Source of the DNA: Enoplolaimus lenunculus
Lineage: Eukaryota
Direction: 5' to 3'
Length of the DNA: 64,000 nt
Assembly: GCA_030248215.1 (NCBI GenBank)
Contig: JASANG010002509.1
Location: forward strand, 372,001-436,000
Shown here: positions 25,383-40,202 of the stretch, piece after piece
How positions within the stretch are numbered: position 1 is the first letter of the stretch
Layout: each line of letters begins with the position of its first letter
Made by a program: the position numbers and the translations under genes
Notes under the pieces: generated by a model
Databases searched by the model: none
What the model was told of the DNA's origin: nothing
What the model saw: the letters and a program-made list of their open reading frames with translations, nothing else

Positions 25383-28300
25383 ATGGCAGCAAATGTCGAA
25401 CGAAGGATCGCCCTTATGGGATATAGATCTGTTGGTAAGGAAAAACCCCTCTAAATTATGATGCCATTGGCTGGGTTTGCGAAACCCGTCTTAAGTACAG
25501 CTTAGTACTTTAGCACGTGCTAAGTAATCACTTAACCGTTTTGTCGTTTTAAAAGCGTACTTAACTTAGGTAAATGTTTAAGTCCCCGATTAAATTTATA
25601 GATTGCAGATTAGTAGTTGAGGCATACTAAACATAGTGTAATTTAAACTGTCGACTCATGGTGCCTCTTTAATATAAAGCAAAACTATTACTGTCTTGTC
25701 ATGGCAATTGCTCACATCTGGCATTGTTTTGCTCAAAAAGCTAAGTATTTATTAAGTATAACCTAAGTAAATGTTAAAGTAAGATTTCAGAAACCCAGCC
25801 ATTGTCTCGGACCTCTCACTCGTGAGTCAAGCACGCTGCATATTACACCACGCGGCTGATGGTATAATTTTCTTTAGTAGTACATGTGCACGCATAAGCA
25901 TGTGTCTTAAGCTTACATACACAATGCACATACACATCTACGCCACGTATACCAACAGTCATAACCTTTCGAAGTGGATTTCATAGTATTGTATTAGCAC
26001 ACATTTGTTTACCTGTCGGTTTGATTAGTCAAGTAGTTTCAGTTGTTTAGCACGATTTCATTAAAATGGTAATCACAGTATAGTATATACTGCGAAATGT
26101 TCTCACTTTTTTGTCTTACAGGAAAATCATCGTTGTGCATTCAGTTTTGTGAAAATCGCTTTGGCGATTCTTATGACCCTACAATAGAGAACAGTATGTG
26201 TTGCATTCGTTTTCGTTTTGTTTATTGTTCGTACGTAATCATATAACTAATAAGACATTAATCGGCACAGTTTTAAAACTATATATTGAATTTTGTACAA
26301 TATATACAGTTTTGATTTACCAACATTAAATACTTTAAAATGATAGAACTGGTGAACCGCTTACATTATTCCTACATCTCGCGAAAACAATACTATTTTA
26401 AAGAAACATTATTACCGCACGTGCCTTTGATTCTATTTTCGTACCTGCAACTTTTTACGATACCAGTTAAGACGGCGCAAACAGCCGAGCCTGACATCAC
26501 CGCGATAATGACCACGCATTTCCAAGAACACCCGTGGCCAGTCTCTCTTGCTAATAGCTGTATTGAACTAAACAAAGCTAATTATGTTAGTCGCATCCTC
26601 TATAATGCATGCCTAGCAGCTGAATCAGGCTGCAACATATATACTGTTTCAGCCTTCTCAAAAGATATGAAATTCAATAACAAAACCTACAAATTGTCCC
26701 TCATCGATACTGCTGGACAGGTAAGATTATTAGTTTCAAATGTTTAATGTTATGTATATATTTTCAAATGTCTGGCATTATATATATCAGGGTTCGACCG
26801 GATACTAAATCCGGTTCAATGTCCCGCAAAAAACAGATTTTCATATCCGGTATAAACCTACCGAATATACCATAGCGGCTCGAATATCAACAAACTGTTT
26901 GTATATGTGGAAATATAGATATTTTGCAGCGACTGCATTCCAGGGCAAGTCAAGAGTGGACACTCGTATAAAATGACATTTTGCTGCGATTGTTTTTTCT
27001 TCTAGTTAAGAAGGTCACACTGAAGTAAAAATAAAACATTCAAGCTGAGAATGAATTCTTCGGTGGCATGTATTTTTAGTTTTCTGGTTACGGTTAATTT
27101 CTTGTAATTCCGGTTCCGGTAAATTGCAATTCCGGCTGCACCCTTAGGTATTTGCCCAGTGCAAAATTGTGATTCCGACACTAAAGTTACATACAAACTA
27201 AGCTCGGACGATTTTCCAATAATTTATTGTGATTTTCTGTTTAAGGTTTATGGCTATTTCTAGCTGGTTTGTGTTTCATATTCCATATCTTTTATGAGAC
27301 GGACCATGTTACTGTTTTAGGATGAATATTCTCTCGTTCCCAAACACTACTCAGTAGATATTGATGGTTATGTGTTTGTGTATGCTGTAGACTCGACGAA
27401 AAGGTTCGTTTTATATTTGCTTGTATTGGTCTAGCATCTCTTCTAGAACTAAATTATACAATCTTATCGTGAGAGCAGAACAAATGTATGATACTATAAA
27501 TTAATATTGTCGAGAGAGAAAAATGCAATATTTATATTTTCTAAAGTGTTTGCTGGTCGAAATTGTTGCATTTTTATTATTTCAGTTAACGTTTTAGGAT
27601 GCTGACTTAAATTGATAAAATTTGACATAACCTGTACTCAGTGTGTACGCTATAGTTTCGCGTCGTTTTGGTGTTCCCATAGTTTTCGAAACAGCTCTTT
27701 GTTTCAGCTTTCATGTTATTGAGTCCATATACGAAAAAGTTTTGGAGCTTCGAGGTAGAAAAAAGTAAGTAATTATTTTGTGTTGTGTTTTGCTAAAACG
27801 CGCGTTTGAAATTGATGAGTACGTATTTTATTTCTAAATTCGTTTTAACTTTTAAAAAATTGCTTTTTTTGTTTGGTTCCGTGGCGTACGATTTGATAGT
27901 TCCTGTGATAAATAATATTGTGACGGTTTTCTGTTTGTTTGGCCTTGCACTGTGGAGTTCTAACTTAAATCTTTATATTGCTCTTTATACATATATGTTG
28001 TAATAAAACCTTAAAAACTCTGAGGCACGAGCATATGTGATACTTTGTTAGTTCATAGCTCCAGTAGGCATATCACCAAAAGAGATTTGTTGAATGTAGC
28101 ATTGATATTCACTTTGTTTTTTATTTTAGTGTTCCCCTGATTTTAGTGGGAAATAAAACTGATGTGATAGACGAGAGGTAAAATTGTTTTTTATTCGAAT
28201 GCATGTTTTAATAGAGTCAGTTGAGCATAATTTTAGCAAGCAAAATCATTATATGTCTTATTAATTCAGACGTTGCTTTGCGTCTGAATCTTTGTTGTTT

Positions 28301-29075
28301 TATTTGTTTTTCAATCAAGACATTCCGAGCTTTTCTGTTCTTCATCTCTACTTAAACAAACATCACTATTAGGTTATTACTGTGGTAAGCAATAGTGCGC
28401 GAACGTGTTACATGTAGAAGCTGTCGGATACCGACCGCTGCGTAAAACAGTGCCATCTAAAATAAGCATCGATATGGGTCGAACTTAAATGTAATTTGGA
28501 ACAGCCAGAAGGAAAGCTTCCATGTGCCTGGATCAGCTTGCTTGTAGTTTTCGGGTTTTTTATTGAGTCAGTCTTTCAAAAACTCACCAAATGCATTTGG
28601 AGTTCTATTCTCAGAGCTCTATTTAGCTTGACTGTTAGTATGTTTTTAAACGTTGGATTGCAGTGGGTTTACTTAACATGGTAAGCATTACAGAGAAGTA
28701 TCGGAGTCTGATGGTCAAAGAATGGCTGAAAAAATTGGTGTGCCGTTTGTCGAAAGCACCGCTCGTGATGCCAGCGTAAGTGAACTTCAAAGTACCGCGG
28801 AAGGAACAGTGCTGGAGGTGCAGCACAACAGTATTTCTTATTCGTTTTGCGTAGTATTGACGAGCTTTCGTTGACTTAAAATTCAAATTAGATGCAAACT
28901 TACATGTCAATTTCAACATGCTGGTCAGCGAGCATTGCACATAAACATTACAGTGCGTTTTAAGCGTTGTTTACAGGCTGTCAAAAGCATTTTTGAACTG
29001 ATTCTTACCGAAATTGAAATAGCCAATGGCAACATAGTCCGCAAGAAAAAAGAACCACCATGTGTGATATCGTGA
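25383..29075 (+). CDS. RHEB: Rheb small GTPase (186 aa)
   Basis: Exons 25383-25434, 26122-26193, 26653-26720, 27321-27403, 27708-27764, 28130-28177, 28694-28775, 28977-29075. G1 GYRSVGKS carries the Rheb-specific Arg. Also present: effector YDPTIENTF, DTAGQDEYS, GNKTD, ESTAR, and C-terminal CAAX CVIS followed by TGA. Confidence 0.97.
25469..25800. mobile_element. PIF/Harbinger-like MITE in Rheb intron 1
   Basis: ggctgggttt...aaacccagcc termini; 3-bp TSD ATT. A partial copy lies at ~54555-54615. Confidence 0.78.
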
Positions 29076-30421
29076 ATTGGTTTGCCTTTTGTTATATTGT
29101 TTGTTTATATTCAAATGATACTGATATCAAATGTTGAGACTGTAAGCAAAGATACGCAGTGCTGCTGCGTGTCATGCACTGTTTGCTAAAGTGCAGTTGC
29201 TATTATGCACCCATAGAAGTACACATGGGGGCTGTACTGAGCGTCCCTTTAATTTTGCGACTAACCGTGTTCAAAATGGTCCGAGAATATTGAATTTTTG
29301 ATAAGCGACAGAGATTTTATGAAAACTCTTTTATACCATAAAGCATCTCAAAATGCATGATCAGTATTATTTATTGCGTATAAAAACGAGTTTATTCCTA
29401 TTTTGGTTGTAATATGCGGTGTTCAGACGTCTTTAAGCTAATACTATAACCGTTGGCGGTAAGAATGAGTTAATTCGTTAGTTTTATAGCTTAAGATTTA
29501 AATAAATACGGAGAATTCCCTAAAATTGTTGCAGGAGTAAGGGAGAAATTACTTTGTAATTCCACAATTACCCGGATTTGGCGATTGCATTATGTGGATC
29601 TTTATATTCACGAGATGGAAAACAGTAATACAAGTCAAGAACTTTGCGCGTTTGTGTAAGAATTAATTATTGATGATGCATGCAGTTAATATGAGTTTAC
29701 AAGGTTTCGATTTGGTTTAACATTAGGCTCGTTTTCATTTATTGCGTTGTTGTATTTCGAATGTTGAACAATGAATGTACCTATAAATGTATAGCTTCCG
29801 TGTTCATTTACCGTGACCAGTGTAAATAATGTGTATAATTTTGATGGTGATCGCTGCAGTGTTGATGTTTTAATATTGTGTTACTGAGTAATTTGAGCAA
29901 ATGTTTCGAATGATGTGTGTTGAAATTACCACATGTGTTAAACACTTTTGCGAATTAGTCTTAGGGATTGTAATTTTTAACCAAAACAAGTAGTTTTGAA
30001 GTTAGCTCTTTTTGCGGAACTTACTGTTTTTGCAGTTTTGTTGACATATTTTTCGAATGTGAACGCTATCCTTCAGATGTTGATTGTTAAAATTTTAACT
30101 TAAAATTGGATCTCAGATCAATAGATAATATTCGTGTGGGTTATGTTGGATAGAAAAAAATTTCAGTTGCTGTTTTGTGTCTACAAGTGCTTGTTGTGTT
30201 CGATTTTCGTATTTATCGCGCTAGTTTTCATGCGGTGTACATTTTCTGTTTAGAACTTTTGTCATGTGCTGATTGAAAATACGTATGTATTCATGTAAAC
30301 GTTGTCTATTTTTAGTAATGTCACCGTAGGCTGAAGGCTAAACGCTGTCTGTGGTACAACAAATATTGTGCAGTGTTTTGCAGCCTTGCAGTTCGCATAA
30401 TAACTCAAGCTTTGCAAATTC

Positions 30422-30522
30422 GGCCAATGTAAAGAACAGGGGCGGAACAGTATTATAAACATATTCCTAAGCCTAAGCCAGGCAAAGAATTAGCCTTTCC
30501 GCCCCTGATCTTACCATGGGCC
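30422..30522. mobile_element. Merlin-like MITE
   Basis: GGCCAATG...CATGGGCC termini; 8-bp TSD GCAAATTC/GCAAATCC; internal cctaagcctaagcc. Confidence 0.78.
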
Positions 30523-31426
30523 GCAAATCCTGAAAATTTAGCGTTTTGTTTTTTGCACGAAATCAAAGAAGGAATTGTCAAAATGTCAAACATTAAAGCT
30601 TCTCCTATAACTGATTATACCAAATTTACGGCCGGCTAAGACAAAATGTTTGAAAACCCAAAGAAAGATCTTTTCGTCATGTTAATTGTAGCGGCTGTCC
30701 TCTGGGAGACAAAAGACTGTGGGTCTCTTGTTTGGTGGTCTCAGAAAGCATTATATGGCAACGATAATGGCAATCCTGCTCCATAGTTTACAATAAATAT
30801 CGTGTCGTTGATGGTTTCTTGTATACGTAGTGTCGTGTAGTCGCTTTTGGCCTATTTATTCAGTTACTTTATTAATCACATGGACTTCGGAATATATGTT
30901 ATGATGAGCATGTTCTTTATTATATAATAAAACGCTTGTTTAATTATCGAGCGGGCATCTGCCAATACTAAACCGTCGTCACGCGGCACGCGTTGCGTTT
31001 TTCACATATCAATAGGAGTCAGTATCCCTAATAATAGACCGTAAGCGGATAGAGTCCCTAAACCCTAATTAAGAGTCCATGAATGTCAACCCTAATTGTA
31101 GCGCATAAATAACTCCATGAGCAAATAATTTGAGTTCAAAACTTAATTTTGAAAGTGATTCCTAAGTATATCCTTTTACTATCAATCAAGCTATTGACAC
31201 AAGACAAATAAACGTTTAATTCAACGGATAATTGCAGTCCCGGATATATATCAGTAACGAAGGGCGGCGGAGCGTGGGTTAAAAATAAATAACAGTCCGA
31301 AACCGAATAACAAGGGGGTACCCTCTGGATAGGCCAAATAAAAATCAGTCCCCTTCTTATTTGGGTCACTACAGTAAGCAACTTTAAAGAAGTGTGAAAT
31401 TTTTAGATTTTAGCGTTGTGCTTAAA

Positions 31427-31687
31427 CCCTTCTCACATTGAGTTGCCTGTAGACAACTCAGCGCAGTGTATATACGTTAAATAGTATATATCGCACCGTG
31501 TTTAACAATTGCAACACGTATACATAGTACTAAATCACCACAAGACGTGGGAGCACCTCGGACTCGAGCGTCAAGCTCCTATAGCTGAGTGGTGATGGTA
31601 TACGCCTCTCACTCCAGTCACTGGAGTTCGAATCCCAGCATTAAAGCAGGTCTCAGGGGAAATAGAAAATATTCATGTGAGAAAGGG
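31427..31687. mobile_element. piggyBac-like MITE containing a tRNA-like segment
   Basis: ccct(t)tctcacat TIR with TAAA/TTAA flanks. Internal TAGCTGAGTGG...GAGTTCGAATCC at ~31575-31645. Confidence 0.68.
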
Positions 31688-32172
31688 TTAAAACTGTCGA
31701 GGATTTAAGTATCGGAAACGGATGTTGAAGGACGCTGATTTCTCTATATCAGAAACAAATTCCGACAGCACCCTCACTGCAAAGCCAGTCTCCAGTATGT
31801 ACTCATGCACATGCTCAAACGCACTGAAGCAGTATCAACATCATTTCATCAGATTGCAGGACTTCATCGCAGAATTTCGTTTTAAAATTCTATATTGACG
31901 TCGTAATATATTTTCAGTTAATCACTTGCTCTAGAACAACACCGTCTTTAAGGGGTTTGATCTAAAATATTTCGTAACGCCAAAAATGAAACTTGTTATC
32001 TTAAGAATACTTGACATTTAAAAATTCAAGTTTCAGTTTTGTAGTACATTTAAGTTTCTGGGCATGAAATTTTCTTATCAAACGTGATCTAGAAGACGTA
32101 TAATATTTAATATATTCCTGTAAGCGGGCAAAGGTTTTTAAGTTAAGGATTTGTGCTTATAAGTAGTTCGTA

Positions 32173-33084
32173 CACTGTAAAAACTGGTGAGTCAAGTTGA
32201 CTTTCGGAAATAGGCTTTTCCTGACTACACAAACTGAGTCAAATTCGACTCCGCCAGAGTCGAACGTGCGAAATAGTGAAAGGAATTTGACTCTGGTGAA
32301 GTCTAATTTGACTCAGTTTGTGTTGTCAGCAAAAACCTATTTCCGAGAGTCCATTTGACTCACCATTTTTTGCAGTGTAGCCCTTTTGCCATTGATTCTA
32401 ATAAAAGTGAATTGACACATGCGGATTATGAAGCTATATATAACTGCCATGCAAAGGCGTAATATGAAACGGGGTGGTACCGTGTGATATTTTGTATACA
32501 CTGTAAATTCCAATGAGTTGATTTTAACTCTGAATGAGCTGAATCCACTCAGACGTCTGAGTTCTGAATTAGGTCTTTGAGAACTCAGTAATCTAACTTG
32601 ATCTAACTCATCCTGAGTTATAATTTGTCAACTCACCCGAAATTAAATCAACTCAGAGTCTGTTAACATCTACTGTTATCAACTCAGAAATAGGCAGAAA
32701 TAACTAATTCTCTCTGAATTGATTAATCAACTCATTAGAATTTACAGTGTATTAACTGCATTAACTTGCAGTATTTTGCGTGAAGCACTTGTTCGATGCC
32801 AGTTTTTGCTTTTTAAACGGGTGAAACTTAAAACCTTTACGTCTTTTTACTACGCCTTTATATATACAAAAATTAATTCTAAATAAGCAGTACCATATAG
32901 AGCCCTTCACAAAACTGTTGCTGCGGATTTTAACTCACTCTGAGTTGACTTGACTCTGGGTGAGCTGATTAATTAACTTAGAGTGAATTGAATCAACTCA
33001 AAATTCTGAGTTCTGATAGTCCTAACTCGGTCTGAGTGATTCAACTCATTCTGAGTTAAAATTAACTCACTGAAATTTACAGTG
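32173..33084. mobile_element. Cluster of three CACTG..CAGTG MITEs
   Basis: 32173-32377, 32499-32749 and a partial copy ending at 33084; TA flanks; GAGTT/AACTC sub-repeats. Confidence 0.85.
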
Positions 33085-33147
33085 TACTCGAGCATACGAC
33101 GTACGGATTACCGGTCCGCTGCTTTAACCACTGAGAGCTACGCAGCC
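33085..33147 (-). mobile_element. Truncated tRNA-derived SINE-like head
   Basis: Minus strand reads GGCTGCGTAGCTCTCAGTGGTTAAAGCAGCGGACCGGTAATCCGT. It resembles the 22.7-kb heads and is cut by the adjacent MITE. Confidence 0.55.
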
Positions 33148-33972
33148 ATGCAAACTTTTCGCTTAAAAATTTTTCAATATGAAATGGTTCATCCTAAGTT
33201 CAAAATCTGTTTTCTAGCTTGATAGCTGGAATAAAAAACGTAGTCTCCCTCCCCAGCAAATAAACGTATTTATTTAGTGATGGGCATCGGATGGTTGTTT
33301 TCACATCCGGATATCCGAAATAACAATTTTCTATTTGGGATATGCGAAACTCGATTTTCGTTTGTTTAGCTTCCCGAACCTCAATTTTCGATCCTTAAGC
33401 ACTTGTTTTAACTCTATGCTTTAAGGGAAGTACCTTCCCCACTCTAAAAATATAGATTTGGTATGCAACTGCTTCAATAGTGATAGGTATTCGGCTTTAG
33501 ATGATTGCTACTAAACTAATAAATATTATAGTGACCAGAATGAGAAAATAATAAGAGGGGGTTCTCCATTTTCATTCCCAATCAATAAGAGTCCGTATCT
33601 CTTAACGAAAGCCCGCAAGTGGATAGAGATACTGAACCTCACGTTCCAAGAAGAAAGAACCACATTGAAATCCTACGTGAGTACGCTAAAATCGTACAAA
33701 CATCAGCCCATGTTACTTTTAGTCGTGCCCCCGCTTTCAACGTTTTGAAAAAACAATTTTTCACCGAAACATTTTGGGAGCGTGAAAATTGTAAGGTAGG
33801 CACGTTATCATTTAAAAAAACATTGTGATTGGAAAATTACAAGGTAGGGGGGCTGCATATGCGGATATTTAGTGTCTATCTATAAAATGCATACGCTAGT
33901 GCCAACTGTTCCCACATGCCAATACCATGTGATATGCAATTTTAAAAAGCGCTTATATTGTAATATATAATA

Positions 33973-34688
33973 CTGTAGTGATCCGAGTAAGAGGGGGCTG
34001 ATACTTATTTGGTCTCTACAGAGGGTACCCCCTGTTATTCGGTTACGGACTGTTTAATAACACGCGCTCCGCCACCCTTTGTTAGTGATTATCTGGTGCA
34101 GCAACTATTCGTTGAATTAAACGTTTATTTGTGTTGTGTCAATAGCTTGAGTAATAATGCAAGGTTTTACTTAGAAATGTAGGTACTCTCAAAACTGAAG
34201 TACCCTTTAAAGTTTCGAAATCAAATTAATTGGTTCTGGAGTGATTTATGCGCTACAATTAGGGATAATTGACATTTATGAACTCTAATTAGCAGGGTGC
34301 AACCGGAGGTGAAAAATACCGGAGCCGCAGGTCAACGAAACTTGCCGAAGCCGGAGGTGAGGCGAAATTAGGTAGTAAAAACGATGGTTAAATTTTAGCC
34401 AATATCTGCAATATGTTGTTAAGTTGTTTGGTTTTACCCTAACTTTCTGTGAAATTTCGGAAATTCTTTCCTGAAAATTGTGACAAACGTAAAACGAAAC
34501 GCGCCAAACGAATAAATTTGAGCCGGAACCGTAGGCCGATTTTCTGCCAGAGCCGGAGCCAGCGGCAGACCTCCGGTTGTACCTACTAATTAGGGTTTAG
34601 GGTCTCTCTCTGCTTACGGACTCCTATTAGTGATACGGACTCCTATTGATTGGGAACCAAAATGGGAACCCCATTCGGGTCGCTACAG
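33973..34688. mobile_element. TA-flanked TIR element (CTGTAGTG..C.CTACAG) with nested hAT-like MITE at 34293-34585
   Basis: TA-ctgtagtgatccga / tcgggtcgctacag-TA. The nested insert has perfect TSD CTAATTAG. Related copies occur in reverse orientation at ~31007-31374 and ~44575-44889. Confidence 0.82.
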
Positions 34689-35758
34689 TATGCATATCTA
34701 TTTGTGCTTTGTAGGTTCAACATAATAGACAATTTTAAAAAAATTAAACACATTTGATGAAATAATACCATCACAAATGATATATTATCATATTTTTCCT
34801 TTAATCCATCCGCACAATGTGTGCGGCGTATCCCTTGACAATACAGTTTGTGTCATATTATATATACATATATACATATACATACATATATATAATGGTA
34901 AGAAATTTCACGGAACACTCGAAACATGCAAAAGAATTAGGGAAAATATGTGTTAATTACTAATATAAAACGTATCTTCATGATGTTTAAATGTATTAAA
35001 ACGAAAACGAATTTGGCCCCCATCAGTTGCTTTTATTTTATACACATTTTATACCTAAAAATTGCATAAATATAATGTGAAATTGCACAAATTATGCAAC
35101 GCAAATTGTCTTAACTTTACTTATTGCGATTGCAGAATTTGTCGACGTCTGTAAAACAAAAGAAAATAACATTCTATTAATATGGTTTTTTGTGTTTCAT
35201 TGTGTTTTTTGTTTCTATTTTATGTCTTCTTTTTGATTTGTATATACAACAAAACATTGATGAGGCCAAAATGTCAATTTTGCTGATGAACGCTAAACAA
35301 AAAAACATTCATATGGTTTTTTATTTGTTCCTGGTGTATAATTACAGGGTGGGGACGGATAGTAAAAAATAACGGAAACGGATACAGAATTTTTACCGGA
35401 TTCGGAAACGAAAAACAAACGCCGATTTTAACCGGAAAAGCAAACGGCCATCTGGTTACAGCACCCTGTCTATTTGTCATTCTGGATTTTAGTTCACATA
35501 ATGTCAAAATAAATGTTTCTTGACAGATGCAACAAAAAAATTCAATTAAGAAATTGAAATAATTTTTTCAACTCTATATTTCATCAATTTAAGTATACTT
35601 TTATAGTGTAAAATATTTAAAAATGATACTTCTAATGAGGTCATTTTAGTATAACGCCAACTGCAAGGTATGAACAGCAAGTTTCTATTGGCTAATAAAT
35701 GGCACAGGAAGTCGCGCCCACAGTATAGGTGAACATTGACAGCTTGTTTTATTTTGTG

Positions 35759-36013
35759 CACTGTAAATTCCAATGAGTTGATTAATCAATTCAGCTAGCG
35801 AGTTGGTTATTTCTGAATTATAATTTCAGTAAACATTAAACTCACTCTCGGCTGAATTCATTCTCGCTCTCAATTGAGATGACTCTGGGTGAGTTGATTA
35901 AATAACTCACAATGAACTGAATCAACTGAAAATTCGGAGTTCTGAAAGTCCTAACTCAGACTGAGTGATTCAACTCATTCTGAGTTAAAATCAACTCACT
36001 GTAATTTACAGTG
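35759..36013. mobile_element. CACTGTAAATT-type MITE ~110 bp upstream of the ZP gene ATG
   Basis: cactgtaaatt...aatttacagtg; homologous to 32499-32749. Confidence 0.85.
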
Positions 36014-36124
36014 TATCACAGATCCAATTCGGCCATTTTGAGTATATGGCAACCGTATAGTTTTTAGCTTGAATTAGGCATAATAAATATTAATATATGT
36101 AGCGACATAAGTTTATAATTTAGA

Positions 36125-39100
36125 ATGACGTCAGTATGGGATAAGCGTTCGTTTGGCAAGAAAATTGGATTGCTTATGGCAACATGTATGGCGGTAAGGC
36201 TTAGAACTTTACGTTCTTGTTTGTGTACAGAATATCTATTCCATTACCTAAAACACTTATACATTTAAGGTATTTTGAAAAAATTACTTAAATAAAGAAT
36301 TTTTAACACTGTTCCAAAACAAGCCTATCCGATAACCTTACATTGGCAACCTGTAATAATCAATTTTGTAACTTTTTTGCTTTGAAGTTTAAAATTTAGC
36401 TTAACCTCATTGTTAATATTTTTGTTTACTTTCTTCTGCAAAATCTTCCCCACACACAAAACTGGATAGATTAATAAAATATGCTAAAGGATTTTTGGCT
36501 TCAGAATTAATAGACTTGATTCAGCTTTTCACCAGATTTAGGCTAAGGATAGTAACAAATGGTGTGCGAGAAAAATATGTACAATGCTTTGCCTAGAACC
36601 CTTAAAACTCTTTTCAGTTTCACTGTTACTACTGCATCTACTTAACTCAAAACTTAGCAGATGTTGTGTACAATCACGAAGAACAACTATCTTGTTTCAG
36701 AACATACTCACCAGAAACCTGGACGCCCCTTAAGGGCTAAAAGATTTATGGTTACTAATGACAATTATGCCGTTGTTTTCAGGTATTATTTTGTTGTAAT
36801 GGCCAACCAAGGAACCTAGCACAGTCGGCAGAAAGCAAATTGCAGAACATCAAACACAGCAACGCTCTTAGACACGGCACTATGAACATTGCCACGCAAA
36901 ATCGTCAGCAAACGAGTCGCGAGTTATCGTTTAACCAGTCAAGTATTTATTATCTTACAAAAGTCACACATTTCCCACAACCCGGTACCTCAAAGAGGCA
37001 AGAAAATGACAACACGAACAAAACTGGCTTTGTACGCTCACAGCGCTCAAAGAACCGTCACCGGATTGGACAGCACAATGAATCACTGCGAACCAATTGG
37101 AATCAGGACTCGAAATCTTCAGCAACTGCAAAGAACACCAAATATGCAACATCGGACCTGTGTGAAGATATCAAAAACAACCCTAAATTACCACTTAGTC
37201 GTACGATCCTTCTTCGCTGTCCGCCTAGTGAAATCAACCTGGCCCAAGTTGCACCCAACCAAGCGACAAACTCAAAAGAGTCATGGCGTAAACCCGAATA
37301 TCGAACAACCAATGAGCATCGCGTAATGCAACGTTGGCGTCCAATCAAAAGTCTCCAACGGCCAGTGCCATCAGTTGATCAAATAACATCATCCGGCCAG
37401 AAGAAGTTTGCACAATCGTTAGTAACCAATAAAAAAGCAATATCTACGAAATTCAGCGCGGATCACGACCATTTTCCAGCAGTCAATCAGAGGAAATTTA
37501 GCGATCTGGAATCCCGCGGTAGCGTGTATTTCAACGAACACCTTGGCGAGTTTAAACGATTTCGATCAAAAAGCGAAATGACCCCGAAACAGTCACAAAC
37601 TCGGTTTCGAAATTTCATGGTCCCATTCGAACGCGGGCAGCTGTCGATGATGCATCAACCAATGTTGCCTCAAGCAAGAAGCCAAATGCGAACAGACAAA
37701 ATTCACCGCAAAGAGCAACAAAATAATCACACTCAGCAAATGCTGAATTCGAAATACTCGCAGGGGATTCGTTGGAAATTAAGCCGCCGGCCTGAAGAAT
37801 CTGACGCATGCCGTTCAGAATCTCAGCATAACCAAACCGTTTTCGATACTTTTATGTCAAAACATGGAACTAAGCCAAACCTGGAACGATACCAACGACC
37901 CTACGTCACGCCACAGTGGAACCACAATGAGCCAACAGGCCGCTGGACTTATGTTCAATCGCTATTGGAAAACCAAAACAATTCAAACCAGGAATATGTA
38001 ACAAAAAGCAATCAAAATAATACAAATAACAATCGAATTCGAACAGACAACTCCAACGAAATGAAGCGTAAAAATAGCGAAAACGAAAGTCAATTAGAAT
38101 TTTTAGAATCTTTTCTGAACGCTCAAAATAAAACACGCTACGGGCAACGCCCGTCACAGATTGCTGAAAAAGGTTTCACTGAACCGCCAAGTACACTGAA
38201 CAACAGCAGCGTGCATCAAATATTAACTAAAACAAACAACAGTCGGTTGAAATCCGATAACCTTCAGTCAAACAATATAGCCAGCGTTGAAACCGATTGG
38301 AGCAAAGCTCCAAAAAGCAGGCTTCGTTTCCGACCCACGTCGCCTCAAGACTGGCCAAATTTAACACGTGACGAACTCAAACAACTGGTTTTGTTTCTGA
38401 CGCGTAAAGAACTCCGAAAACAACTCGCCAATTTGGATGAACGCGAATTTCTAAACGACCTCTTACAACGCAGTAGCCCGCAACCAGAATCCTCGTATTC
38501 CCAAACCGGATACAATGGCAACAAGTACAACATCAATACGCGCAGTCGCACTACAACTCCTAAACCAGCGCTTACTAAACAATCCTATCTTGTTCCAAGA
38601 CTGAGACCTTTCAACCCTCCAGGCTACGTACCGCCACATCGATACGGAACCCATCCTACGGCATTGCCACCGTCCCAAGCACCGCCAACGTTTCAAACAC
38701 CTGACTACATCTACACGGACCCTACAATACCTCCATATATTCCGCCGCCAATCATAACCCGATCTACACCAGGTATCACTCTTACAACCATGATGTCTAC
38801 ACGCGGATTCGAACATACAACAGCTACTATAACTCCAACTTTCTATGAAATTACAACACAAAGTAGTACACCACTTAGTACACCTCAGCCTACTTCAACG
38901 TCTTCGACGAAACCAATGACGCCAGATCAAACGACCAGTGTCTTTACTGGGATCACAGATGCAATGACTCCAGAAGTTTCTGTAATAACAACAAAGTCAA
39001 CAACGCGAACACCAGCTGCAACAACAGCGAGTTCGGCAACAACATCATCTTCTATGCTAAGCACAACAACAACAACAACATCAAAAACAACACCGGCAAC

Positions 39101-39671
39101 AACAGTGTCAACAAGAAAAACAACACCAGCAATAACTACAGCAACATCATCAACATCGTCAACAACAACAACAATGAAAACAACAGCAGCCAGTACTGCA
39201 TTTACCACCAAAAGTACGATCACTATTTCATCTTCAACAACGACATCAACTCGGACAATAACGGCAACAACAACGACAACAGCCACCGCAACATCAACAA
39301 CAAAAACAACAACAACACCAACAAAAACAACAACAACACCAACAAAAACAACAACAACACCAACAAAAACAACAACTACAATAACGACGACTACAAGAAC
39401 TCCAACACCAACAACGACTGTCTCAGCTATGATAACAAAGACGTCAACGATGCTAACAACAGCAACAAAAACGACACCAAGTGCGACGATGATAACAACA
39501 CCAACTACTGCAACTGTATTTACTACTATAACAAAAAGTGCAACTCCTGATATAACAACAATCGTAACTACTAGCACAACCACTGCAACAACTACCGCAA
39601 CATCTACTGCAACTACTACCACAACATTAATAATAACAACGCTAAAAACAACAACAACAACAACCACAACC

Positions 39672-39718
<47 letters not shown>

Positions 39719-40157
39719 AAAACCGACAACAAAAACTACGACAACCACATCAACAGCAACAACCATAACGACAGCAACAAAAACGATAACACCGCCAACA
39801 ACAGCCGCAACAACTACAACATCAACAACAATTACAACAACGATACAAACAACCACAATAACAACAACAACAACAACAACAACAAGCACAGCCTCAGTAG
39901 GCCCAACTAAAATAACAACCGTACCAGTAGTTATTCATACAGCGTTCCCGCCTAATGTGACAACATCATCCACAACAGTGCCAGAAGCAACATCACCAAC
40001 CCGCCCAACAACCGAAACAGCAACCGCGACAAAACCAGGTATTGTAACAATACCTGTTAGGACACCAGAAGTGTTGCCAGGGACAACAACAACAAGTACG
40101 AAACCAGATCAGCAAGTAACAACAACAAGAAGAACAAGAACAACAACAACTACAACG

Positions 40158-40202
<45 letters not shown>

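Noticed and set aside
38927..39889. 320-aa Val-rich ORF on the minus strand
   Set aside because: Antisense shadow of the (ACA)n Thr codons of the mucin exon.
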